A DNA stretch of 64,000 nt, from positions 263,624,001 to 263,688,000 of the forward strand of contig NC_067403.1 of assembly GCF_016432865.1 (NCBI RefSeq), in the 5' to 3' direction. The DNA comes from Antechinus flavipes (taxonomy: Eukaryota). The number at the start of each line of letters is the position of its first letter. The stretch's first letter is position 1. Shown here one piece after another: positions 1-14,000 of this stretch. The position numbers and the translations under genes are program-made. Below the pieces are notes generated by a model. It had not been told where the DNA came from. It saw only the letters and a list, made by a program, of their open reading frames with translations, and ran no database searches.

Positions 1-351
1 GGTCTCTGCTCCTCCCCTCCCCCTGCTCCCTCTGACCCCACCTCCCTGACTCCCGCTGTCCAGGGCCAGTGCCTGGCACACAGTAGGTGCGCACTCCCTG
101 CTGACCCCGGCCTCCCGACTAATGGGGAGCCGCCTGGTCCCAGCCCCGTTCTAGTCGGGCAGGGCCCTGCACCCCACCCCCCGGCTGTCCCGGCCCCGCC
201 ACCGATGCGAGGCCCCGCGGCCCGCGAGTCTGCAGCTGCTACACGCGCCCCTCGCTCCGCGCCCTGCGCAGGGCTAAGCCCCCTTCGCTCCTTCCAAGCA
301 TAACTTGTAAAATAGCTCCAAGGGGGTTCTCACGTCTCACAGCTGGAAGAG

Positions 352-625
352 GGCCCCCCTGCGGCCCCCGGCCCAAGCCCCCCTGTGACCCCTGGGCCCA
401 AGCCCCCCTGCGGCCCCCGGCCCAAGCCCCCCTGCGGCCCCCGGCCCAAGCCCCCCTGCGGCCCCTGGGCCCAAGCCCCCCTGCGGCCCCCGGCCCAAGC
501 CCCCCTGTGACCCCTGGGCCCAAGCCCCCCTGCGGCCCCCGGCCCAAGCCCCCCTGTGACCCCTGGGCCCAAGCCCCCCTGCGGCCCCCGGCCCAAGCCC
601 CCCTGTGGCCCCCAGCCCAAGCCCC
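352..625. repeat. C-rich minisatellite, about 11 copies of a 24/25-bp unit (gcccaagcccccctgcggcccccg / gcccaagcccccctgtgacccctgg), in PNPLA2 intron 6
   Basis: Unit starts read at 371, 396, 420, 444, 469, 493, 518, 542, 567, 591 and 615. Confidence 0.95.
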
Positions 626-764
626 CGTGCCCACCCTGACCAGGGGCACTGGCCCGCAGCAGCTCCCGGGAGGGCGCCCCCCTGGGGCCGGCAGTCAGTG
701 GCCAGAGCGCCCCGTGTGGGACACAATCCCCCCACGGGAGCCGGGCAGGGGGAGGGGCGGTTAC

Positions 765-4274
<3,510 letters not shown>

Positions 4275-6412
4275 CGCGCGGGCGCCCGGCCCGGGGCCGG
4301 CGGGCCGGGGGATGGGCCGCGCGGACTCGGGAGCCCCGGGGCCGGGGGCCCGCTGAAGGCCGGCTCGGGACGTCAGGCTCGGGCTCGAGCCGGGGTCAGC
4401 CTCTGGCCAGCTCCGTCCGGGCTTCTCTGTGGCGGCGGCGGCCCGGTCCCGGGGAGGCGGAGACAGCTGTGCCGGCTGCGCGGAGGAGGCGGTGTTATGA
4501 GAGTGGGCCGAGGGGCGGGGCTGGGCCCGGCGCCCCGCCCCCGAGGGCCCCGCCTCTCCCCGACAGCTTGGAGTCGCGGCCTGGGGGCGGAGCCCCGGGC
4601 ACCGGGGGGCCCAATGGCCAGCCCGCTGTGGCCCCACCGCCCCCTCGGGAGGAGCGGTTCCGGGAACCGGCGCTGCCCTCCAAGTCTCCCCGGGGGAGCC
4701 CGCTGGGCCGCGGGGACACAAACGCACGCGCACAACATCCAAGTGCGCGAACTTTCAGAAGCCGGCCTCGGACCCACCCTGAGCGAGAATCACAGTCGCA
4801 CAAGGCGGGGGTGGGGGGGGGGGGGCCCTTGGGACACCCGGACCCCGCCTCGGACCGAGGCCTCTAGACACCGCCCTCCCGTGGCCGGGGTCTCCCTCCC
4901 GCACCCCGCGCACAGGCCGGCAGACACGCCGAGGGCTCCCCCCGCCTCCCGATCGCCCAACACACTGGCCGGCCCCCACACCTGAGCTCAGGCCGTCTCT
5001 AGGCCTGGGGCTGGCTTTGTCTGTTGCCTGGGTCACCAGGTTCTGTTTGGGCCCAGACTGAGGCCAGGGCAGTGACTTCTGGCCAATCAGAGGTCATCAG
5101 ATGCCCCAGCCCCACCCTACCCCCAATTGCCCTTGGACCTCGCCGCACCCCTGGTGACATCACCCTTCCTGGGGCTGTTTCCGCATTTCTTGGGCGGAGC
5201 TCGCTTGCTCCTGGACCCTGCCCCCCCCCCCTTGCACCCACTTTCTCTCCATGACTCAGGCAAGGAAGGGTGCCGTCATGCGGACTCCCCAGGAGACAAG
5301 TGCTCCCGTTCAGTGCCAAGTCCAACAGCAGGGGGCCCTCTCCTACCCAGGGGTCAATGGGCTTCTCGGGCAGGAGGGGGCGTGGCCAAAGCAGGCCTGG
5401 CTAGCGGGGGCTTCCCTTCCTCCCTGGCCAGGTGCGAGTGCCCAACCCACTGCTGCCAGGGATGCCCTCCCTTTGGCTGGCCCACCAGAGGTCTTGAACC
5501 CGAGGCCATTAAGTGGGAATCTGGCCGGGCCAGGGCCTGGCGCCAGCTCTTTCCCCTACTTTAAGGGGGTCAGAGGGAAGCCAGGCCGCCTGCTCGCCCC
5601 GGAGGAGCCCGTAGCACGCAGGGCCTCTGGCCTCCTTTCCAGTGTGGGCGGCCCCGGTGCCCCCAAGTTTCCCCTTGCCCCACTCTCCATATCTAGGAAT
5701 AAAGGGAACAGCCTGCTCCTTGCTCCACTTCTCAGAATGCCCAGAACTCTTTCCAAGGGCCTCCTGGGAGGGCTGGCGGAGAAGGCAGGAGCCACTTCCC
5801 CACATGCTTCATTCTCCCCAGCTCTAACAGGCGCCTAAACCAGCCTTTCCCCCAATGTGGGCACAGAAATGCCCTAGTGTGCATCCTCCCAGGCCCACAA
5901 GAGGCCGGTCCAACTACCTGCTCCAGCCTTCAACTGCCACCTAGAACCAGGGAGAGCAGATGCAGGGACAACAAAAGCAACACCAGAAGGGGACCCAGGG
6001 CTCAAGCTCAGCCCCGTCCTTAAGGCCTTTGGGGCTGCCACCTTAGCAGGGACCCTTCCCCTTGAAAACAGCCAAGAGACTGCAGGTAAAGCTGGCCCTC
6101 CCTCCTGGGCTGCCATGGTCTCTCATTGCCGCCCCTCAGGCCACTGCTACAGGCTGCCCCTCCCACTCCTCCTTGGCAATGGCAGCGCCCCAAGCCCCAT
6201 TTCTGGCTCCACAATTGCCCAATTCTTTTGTTTTCACATTCCTGGGCCCACATGGGGCTATCCCAGAGCCCCGGGTCAGAAAGGAGGCATTCGAGTGGAG
6301 GTGAGGGCTCCAGGGGCCCTCTGGGCAGGGTCTGAATCCTGGCTTGGAGTGGCTTCTGCCCTGCTACCCTTAGCCCACTAGACACCACGAGTCGGCTTTC
6401 TTAAATAAAAGG

Positions 6413-6418
6413 TTTATT
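6413..6418 (-). terminator. RPLP2 polyadenylation signal AATAAA
   Basis: tttatt on the plus strand, 25 nt beyond the stop codon at 6443-6445. Confidence 0.85.
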
Positions 6419-6442
6419 TGCTCTGGGATCAGGGGTGGATGC

Positions 6443-7840
6443 TCAGTCAAAGAGCCCGAAGCCCATGTCATCATCCGACTCGTCTGACTCCTCCTTCTTC
6501 TCTTCTTTCTTCTCCTCTGCTGCAGAGATGAGAGAAGGGGCAGCAGTGAGGGGAACCTGACTCCCCCACTCCCCTCCTGTTCCCCCCACCCCCAGGCCTC
6601 CACCCACACTCACCAGCAGCAGGAGCAGCACCACCAGCAGCGGGGGCAGCAGAACCTGCACTAGCAGCCACAGGGACAGCACCACCGGCGGGCATGGATG
6701 CCAACTTACTGCTCCCTGCAAATGGGAGAAAGGGTATTGGAGGGGCCTTCCCTGGAGGGCAGCAGCTGTGCATGAAAGAGGAGCTCTCTTGCCAGGCTGG
6801 GGGACCCCCCACAAGGCCTGGTGCTTAGATCAAGAGCCTAACAGGCTCTACTTCTGAACCCCCAATTCCCTAGTTGGTTTGGATTTGGACCTTCAAGGCC
6901 GGCCCCTGGTATGGCTAGCAGCCCCATTTCCTCAGGCCCATCCTTTTGCAAACATGCTACATCCTCTGGTCCAGCTTCCAAAGTTGGGTCAGCCGATGGC
7001 CCCTGGGGCTTACGCCAAGGAGCCTGGGATCTAGGCAGAGTGGCGAGGACCAAGGCTGTTCCCTTGGAAGGACTGGGGTGTCTGGAAACAAGTCCTCCCC
7101 CAGTCTGCCTCGCTGTCAAAAGTCTGATGGTGTTTCGAGACCCCCGGCTGGCTGCGAGCCCACAGATGCGCCACAGCTACCACAGAGGGTTTCTACTTTG
7201 CTTTGGTCCACCAGCGAAACCTGGAAGGTACAGTTGTGACCAGCAGGAATTAGGATGGACTAGAACAAGCCAGGGCCAAACCTGGGAGGACCCCAGCCCG
7301 CTGGCCTTGAACTCAGGCCATTAGTCACTTTCTAGACTAAATCTGTATTTTACAGCAGAAAACAAACCTGCCCCTGTATTGTTTACATAAGCACTTCTGG
7401 ATTCCCAGCAAACAGGTTAAAAATGAATACTGCCCCCCCCTTCTTACCCTGAGCAATCACATCTTCTATGTTCTTGCCGCTCAGCTCACTGATAACCTAG
7501 GAAATGGGGGGATGAGGGGGGAGGTTACAAGGCAGGGAAAGGCTGGCCGCTCCGGAGCATCCCCAGGGAAGCCCACCCAAAGGGGATCGTCCTGCCTGAC
7601 CGCCAGGTAGCAGCGAATCTAGGAGTGGGTTATCCCAGGGAACCAACCAACGAGATTAGCCTGTGCTTTCTGCCCCACGGCGGGCAGGAGCTGGGCCAGC
7701 GCAGGGTCCCCACCGACCTTCTTCAGCCGTTCCTCGTCAGTCTCGATGCCCACGCTGTCCAGGATCTTTTTCAGGTCCTTGGAATTGGGTGAATCATTGC
7801 CGCCAAGGACGGCCAGAAGGTAGGCAGCCACGTAGCGCAT
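6443..7840 (-). CDS. RPLP2: 60S acidic ribosomal protein P2, complete, about 116 aa
   Basis: Coding exons 7718-7840 (MRYVAAYLLAVLGG...), 7448-7496, 6614-6715 and 6443-6519 (EEKKEEKKEESDESDDDMGFGLFD*). GT-AG boundaries and the canonical P-protein C-terminus. Non-coding exon 1 is about 8211-8325 (donor gtgagt at 8210). Confidence 0.98.
7128..7262 (-). ncRNA. SNORA52: H/ACA box snoRNA SNORA52 in RPLP2 intron
   Basis: The minus strand reads TAGTCCATCCTAATTCCTGCTGGTC...CCAGGTTTCGCTGGTGGACC-AAAGCA (H box, ANANNA), then a second hairpin and ACA 3 nt from the end; 135 nt. The 5' hairpin closely matches human SNORA52 as recalled, and human SNORA52 is hosted in an RPLP2 intron. Confidence 0.9.
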
Positions 7841-8318
7841 CCTGCGGGGAGGGAACAAAGTGAGCAGGGGAGGGGCGGGAGGGAAGGGGCGCCGGCGCCT
7901 CCCTGGCCCCTTTCCCCGCACGCCCCGCCGTGGCCGCCAGTCTCCGAGACGGGATGGCAGCCGATAAACGGCCTCCGCTCTCTCCCGTGGGAGAGGAGCA
8001 ACGAGCCATGCCTTACGCGGCCCCCAGCCCGGGGGGCTCTTGGCTTCGATGAACACGGTCCGGGTCCGGGCCCGCTAACGCCGCTCCTTACACCGGGCCA
8101 TTCGCCAGTGCTCCAAGTGCAGCACGAGGCGGGCCACGCCGCGCAGGCTTCCCTCCCCAGGCCTAGAACCAGCCGCCATAGCCCAGCCTCGCCTCGTTCC
8201 CCGTACTCACTTGGTCTGAGATCTACTCGGGGCCCGGCCGGTGGTCGCGATATGGCGCTGCAGGAGCGGCGGGAGAGGCGACGAGCGCAGCAAGTCCAAC
8301 TTCGGCGGCGACAAGGCC

Positions 8319-8720
8319 GGGAAAGGAAGAGGTGGCCGCAGGGGCGGGGATTAAACATCTACCCGTGAGCCTCCGGGACGAAGTCCGCCGCTCCCGCCTC
8401 TTCCGCCCGGGCGTGCTGACGTCACTGGGGAAAATCAGCCAATAAGAAGGGAGGCCGGACCATCGGCCCCGGACGCAGGGTGGCCAGGGTTCGGTGTCTA
8501 GAGCGGGAAGTCCCGACCGAGCTGAGTCATAGTCCCTTTGGCCACTGAGGACCTCCGAAAAGTATTGAAGTCTCAGTCTTTATTGGAGACTTCGTAAAGG
8601 AGGAAAGGGCGCTACCAAGGGCGAACCTCTCACTGAAACCCCCCCCCGCTTCCACTAACTCCGACGTCTTCCGTTTTGCGCATGCCTGGTGCAGCCGAGA
8701 ACTCGCCGTCCCAGCATGCC
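8319..8720. promoter_or_regulatory. Bidirectional RPLP2/PIDD1 CpG-island promoter with TCT/5'TOP initiator
   Basis: 14-pyrimidine tract CCTCTTCCTTTCCC on the minus strand at 8319-8332 (TCT motif, likely TSS about 8325). Also a GC box at about 8341, perfect CRE TGACGTCA at 8417-8424, CCAAT at 8439-8443 and ETS-like CGGGAAGT at about 8504. Confidence 0.8.
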
Positions 8721-9894
8721 TCGGGCCCGGAAACACAAGGGCCCTTTCGGCCTCCTCCTGGTGCACATGGCCTGCCGGAAAGATTATCTGGCGCAGGCGC
8801 ACTAATGTCGGCGGGTCTGCGTGGGCAAAAGCGCCCCCTGGGGGGTCCGCGAGGTTCAGCGGAAGCCTATTTCCCCCACCCGACATACGCAGATATACGT
8901 GCGCACGCGCACACGGGTCGGAGGGAGTGGAGAATAAAGGGGCGCCTGGTGTCGGGGTCCCGGTGCTCACTGTGGGTTCGTGAGCCCGAGATGCGGGGTC
9001 TGAAAACCTGAGAGCCTGAGATGCGGTCCGGGGGGTGGAGCCTCTCCGGGGGCGGGGCCTCGTCAGGGGGCGGGGCCTCGTTGGAGGCGGGAGTTCGGGC
9101 AGGAAGCGCGGGAGCGGATCCCGGCCCGACCTTCCTGGCCCATTGGGTCCCCTCCGGGTTCCTGAGCCGCTGACGCACCCCAGGTACCCGCCGCCAGCCC
9201 GGAGTTGCCCCCCTGCACCGGACACAGGCCCCCCCCGTCATTTGTCCTGGACACAGCTCCGCCATGGGTGGTCAGCACTGGACACGGGCACTTGCCCTAG
9301 ACCCAGCCGCCCCACGGTGACCAGCACCCACTCCCTCTTCCCATTCAGGGGCTTCTGCCCCCCACTGTCACACGGAGGTGGGCGACTGATCACCCGCTCC
9401 TCTTGCCCGGAGGCCTGACCACCCTGATGGGCTGCGTCCCTGGGCAGGTCGCTGGCGCTCTGGGCGCCGCCCTTGCCCGCGTGAGCGCCGGGCCAGCTTT
9501 AGCCCGTTCCCCGCTCTCAGCCCAGTCCCAGCGCCAGCAGCTTCGTCTGCTCTCCTTGGAGACGGAGGGAACTGAGGATGTACGTGAAGCTCACTTTAAT
9601 TAGTTGATCTGCTTTGACCCTCAACCCGGAGAGCGGCGCCCTGTGATTAGCCCCCCAAAGCCTCTGCCCAAGGACCCCCCTCCCCTCCCCTGGAGCCTCC
9701 TGCTGGCAAGAGAAGCCAGACCTGGTTGGAGGCAGGGGGAGAGCCGCGATGCTCCCGCGGGGTGTCCGCCCCTCCCCCAACAACCTTCTAGGGCTAACCT
9801 GGTTTGCAGGGAGGCTTTGAGACCCTGTGGCCAGGTTGGAGGCTAGACCTCCGGAGAGCGAACACCCTTCCCTTTGGGGGGCAGGGCAATGAGG

Positions 9895-10975
9895 AGGCCC
9901 TTCTGCTCCTTTTCCTGTGTCTCCTCTCTATCTGTATCCTCCTCCGTGCTGTCTCTGCCAGTCTCTCCCTCTATCTGCCTTTCTCCATCTCCATCTCTCC
10001 TCTTTGTTTTTCTCTGGCTCTCTGTCTCCATCTGTCTCTCCATCTCTGTTTCCTCTCTCCTTTTTCTCTTCCTCTTATCTCCTCTCTCCGTTTATCCTTC
10101 TCCATTCTGTTTTTCTTCTATCTCTGTCTCGTCTTCTGTCTCTCTATTTCTGTCTCCTCTCTCTTTCTATCTCTCCCTCTCTCTGTGTCTCTCTTTCTCC
10201 TCTGTCTCTCCTGTCTGTTTCCTTTTCTGTCTCCCTCCCCTCCTCTGTCTGAATTCTCTCCTCTCTTCATTCTTTTCTTCTCCTCTGTCTCTGTTTCTCT
10301 CCTCTTTGTTTCCTCTCTGCTTCTCTAGCTCTCCCTTTCTGTCTGTCTCTTTGTCTCCTCTATCTCCTATCTACATTCTGTTTTCCCTCTGTCTCTGTCT
10401 TTATCTCTGTCTCTCCCTCTCCATTCTCTTCTCCTCTGTCTCTCTCTGTTTCTGTTTGTCTCTCTGTCTCTTTCCTCTCTCTCCATCTCTGTCACTTGCC
10501 ATTCTTTCTTTTCTTCTTTGTGTCTTAATCTCTTTTCTGCATCTGTCTCCTCTCTCCATCTCTCTCTATTACATCTCTCCTCCATCTTTCCCTCTGTCTC
10601 TATTTCCTCTCTGTTTCTGTCCCACTACATTCTTTCTCTTTGCTTTCTGTGTCTCTCTTCCCTCTATTTCTCACCTCTCTGTCTCCTCCCTCCCTCTCTG
10701 TCTCTGTCCCTCTCCATTCTTTCTCCTTTCCTCCTCTGTGTTTCTATCTTTCTGTCTCTCTCTCCTCTGTCTTTCTCTCTGTCTCTGTCCCCATCCCTCC
10801 CTCTCTCTGTCTCTGTCTCTCTCTCCCTCTGTCTCTGTCCCCATCCTTTCTCCCCTCCTCCTCTGTGTCTCAGTCTCTTTTTTTCTCCGTCTCCTCCCTT
10901 TGTCCCATCCAGCTCCCTCCGGTCCCCGCCTCTGCCTCCTCCCTCCCTCCGGTTTTCTCACCTCTTCTCTTTCCA
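9895..10975. repeat. About 1.1 kb CT-rich low-complexity polypyrimidine tract in the PIDD1 5' intron
   Basis: Almost purely C/T with interspersed ctgtct; it generates the spurious Ser/Leu-rich ORFs 9874-11163 and 10518-11363 (5' part). Confidence 0.95.
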
Positions 10976-11037
10976 AGCAGCCATCCTCCTGGAGACCCCC
11001 AGTCCTGCCTCTGCCCGCCTGCCTGGCACGCTGCGAC

Positions 11038-14000
11038 ATGCCCGGGCCACCAGGCACCAGGTGGGGGCCCAGGGGGAGGAGGAGCAGAAAGGAGATGCGG
11101 AGGAGGATGCTGAGGACGCGGCCGCCCCGGACCTGGGCTCCCTCCTGGCCAGCGACAGGCTGAACCTTGACGTCTACCCCGGGGGCTGCGGGCTTCTGCT
11201 GCGTCTGCTGCGGGAGGGCAGCCCGCGCCTGCAGCAGGTCCGGTTCCTGCGACTGAACTGCAACGAGGAGCAGATCGGGGCCGCCCTGGCCACCCTCCCC
11301 AGCCTCCAGCGCCTCCGTTCTCTGGTCCTCAAAGGTGAGCCAGGAGCCGGAGGGGCCGGGTAGGGAGACCAGGGCTCTCTGTTCCTAGGGCCCTTCGGCC
11401 CCCGCCTCCTCCCTCAGCGCCTTTGTCTGTCCCTCTCCCCCCCTTGGTCTGACCCACCTCCCCCTGCCCTCAGGGGGGTACCTTCGTGATGACTGGGGCT
11501 CTTGCCTGCGGGGCTCCCTGACCACGCTGCCCTCCTGCCTGAGCGACCTGGCGCACCTCGCCCACCTGGATCTCAGCTTCAACAGCCTGCAGGCGCTGCC
11601 AGCCTGCGTCCCCCAGATGAGCGGCCTGGATGCCCTGCTGCTCAGCCACAACCTGCTGGAGAGCCTGCCCGAGGCCCTGGGTGCCCTGCGTGCCCTCACC
11701 TTCCTCTCCGTGTCCAGCAACTGTCTGCGGGCGCTGCCGGCGGGCATGGCCGGGCTGACTGCCCTGCAGCAGCTGGACCTCTCTGAGAACCAGCTGGATG
11801 CGGTGCCCGAAGAGATCGGAGCCCTGAGCAGCCTCACTCAGCTCAACCTGGCCTCCAACCGCCTCCGGAGCCTCCCCGACTCCATGGGTGAGAGTGTGGG
11901 AGCCCCCCGGCCCCTCCACCCACCCCTCCCACTCACTCAGCTCCCAGGAAGAGGAGAAAAACCAATGGGTCGGTCCTTCCCACAGCTTCCCCCTCCTCCC
12001 CGTCCTTTGGGGTGCAGCTCCAAGCCTTCTTCCTCCTGGATCACCATTTCTTGTCTCCCTGGTTCCCCCGGGCAGTGAGGGAGAAGGGGGCTGGGGCTCA
12101 GAGGGGCTCCCTCTCACCCCTCCCCTCTTCCCTCAGCCAGCCTCCAGTCTCTGCAGCAGCTGCTCCTGCACAGCAACTTCCTAGTCTCTGTCCCCCCGAG
12201 CCTCGCCCGCCTCCCGCTCCTCGCCCGGCTCGACCTGAGGGACAACAGGCTTCGGGCCGTGCCCCGCGAGATCCAGGAAGCCCCCTTCGTGCGACTGCAG
12301 GGGAACCCCCTCGGGATGCCTGAGCCGGTCCCGGCAGCGCCTCCAGGTGGCAGCAGATCTGGGGAGAGGAAAGGGGGGACCCCCAGGGCTGCCCCACTGA
12401 CCGTCCCCATTGTTTGGTGCAGGGGAAGACCCGGCCCTGGAAGTTCCCAGAGTCCTGCTGGCCTCGGATGTAGACAGGTGGGAAGGGGGGCCCGGGAGTG
12501 GGAGGGATGGAGGGCCACCGTCCCCTGCAGTCTGGCATCTCTGGGTTCTGGCCCCACAGTTTCAGCGTGACCTCCCGTGGATGCTCCGTGGCCCTGGCCT
12601 GTGGGGTCCGCCTGCTCTTTCCCCCGGGCGCCACCGCTGCTCCGACCACCGTCTCCTACCGCCAGCTGCCCCCGGAGCCTCGCCTCGTGCGGCTGGGCCC
12701 CCACGACGCCCTGCTCAGCGCCGTCCTGGAGCTGCGGCCCCACGGGACCCCCTTCCGACAGGTCGGTGCCAGGGCTCGGGGTCAGGGAGGGCTCAGAGAA
12801 GGGCGGGGCACCGACAAGGCGCTCTGTGCCGTGGCAGGAAGTCCACCTGTGGCTGCCCTTCGTGTCTCCCCGTGCTCGGCGTGGCCGTCAAGTGGTGGTC
12901 AGGACCTTGAGCGGCCACACCTGGAAGGATCTGGACACGCGCTTGGAGCGGGAAGAAAAGCCCAAGGTTGGGGGACGCAGAAGGGCCCAGGGTCGGGGGC
13001 TCGGGGTCAGGGCCCGAGGTCAGGGCCCAAGGTGGGGTCGGCCGAGCCCTGAGCCTGCCCTCCCCCGCAGCGGCTCTGGGCCAGCTGCCAAGTACCTCAC
13101 TTCTCCTGGTTCCTGGTGGTCTCTCGTCCCACGGAAGACAGCTGCTTAGTGCCCCAACAGGGGGCCCTTCTCTGCTCCTCGGCCAACCCCGAGGTCAAGG
13201 TCATCTTCCCAGCTGGGGTCACCGCCGAGCCCCGACACGTGCGCATGCAGGTATCCCGGAAGCAGGGGCCGAGGGAGGGGGCGGGGGGTGGGGAGGCCAC
13301 ACTCCACTCCCCAGCTCCACTGCTCTCCTCTGCAGGTGGTGAGAGTGCCAGGCTGGGCTCTGGGCGCAGACGGCCACACTGCCACCAGCCCCCTGCTCTG
13401 CCTGTCCCAGGACGGCCCCCAGTGCTTTCTCCGCCCGGTCACCGTCCAGCTGCCCCTGCCCCCCGGCATCACAGGTGAGACCCTGCCCCCGGCCAGCCGC
13501 AGGTGCCTGAGTGTGGCCCCGCGCTGCCCACCTTGCTCTCTCCCCTCCAGGCCTGAGCCTGGACCGGAGCCATCTGCATCTGCTGCACGGGGATCCTCAG
13601 GTCCCGGCGTGGGACGACATCACAGCCCAGGTGGCTCTGGAGCTCACCCACCTGTACGCCCGCTTTCAGGTCACACACTTCTCCTGGTTAGTGCCCGGGA
13701 CGGGCGGGGGGCCCAGCCTTGCACCCTGCTGGGGAGCCTTCCATCCGCCACCCGCCTCCCTGAGCCTCCCCCCCCAGCAGGGCCCCCTACGCCACCCTAC
13801 CCCCCCAGCCTCCCAGCTCCCGCCCCGGCAGGGCCCCTGTGACCCCGAGCCCCCAGCCTCCCAGCTCCCGCCCCGGCAGGGCCCCTGTGACCCCGAGCCC
13901 TCGGCCTCAGGTACTGGCTCTGGTACACCACCAAGAGCTGCGTGGAGGGCCTGGCCCGCAAGGTCTACGAGCGGCTGCGGCTCTACCGGGTGAACTTCAT

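Noticed and set aside
8678-8721. p53 response element upstream of PIDD1
   Set aside because: Two imperfect half-sites (GCGCATGCCT, CAGCATGCCT) are 24 bp apart, too far for a canonical element; the first may instead be NRF1-like.
9804-11057. Long Ser/Leu/Phe-rich or Arg/Glu-rich ORFs (429 aa, 281 aa and others)
   Set aside because: Products of the CT low-complexity tract; only the last part of 10518-11363 is the true PIDD1 exon.
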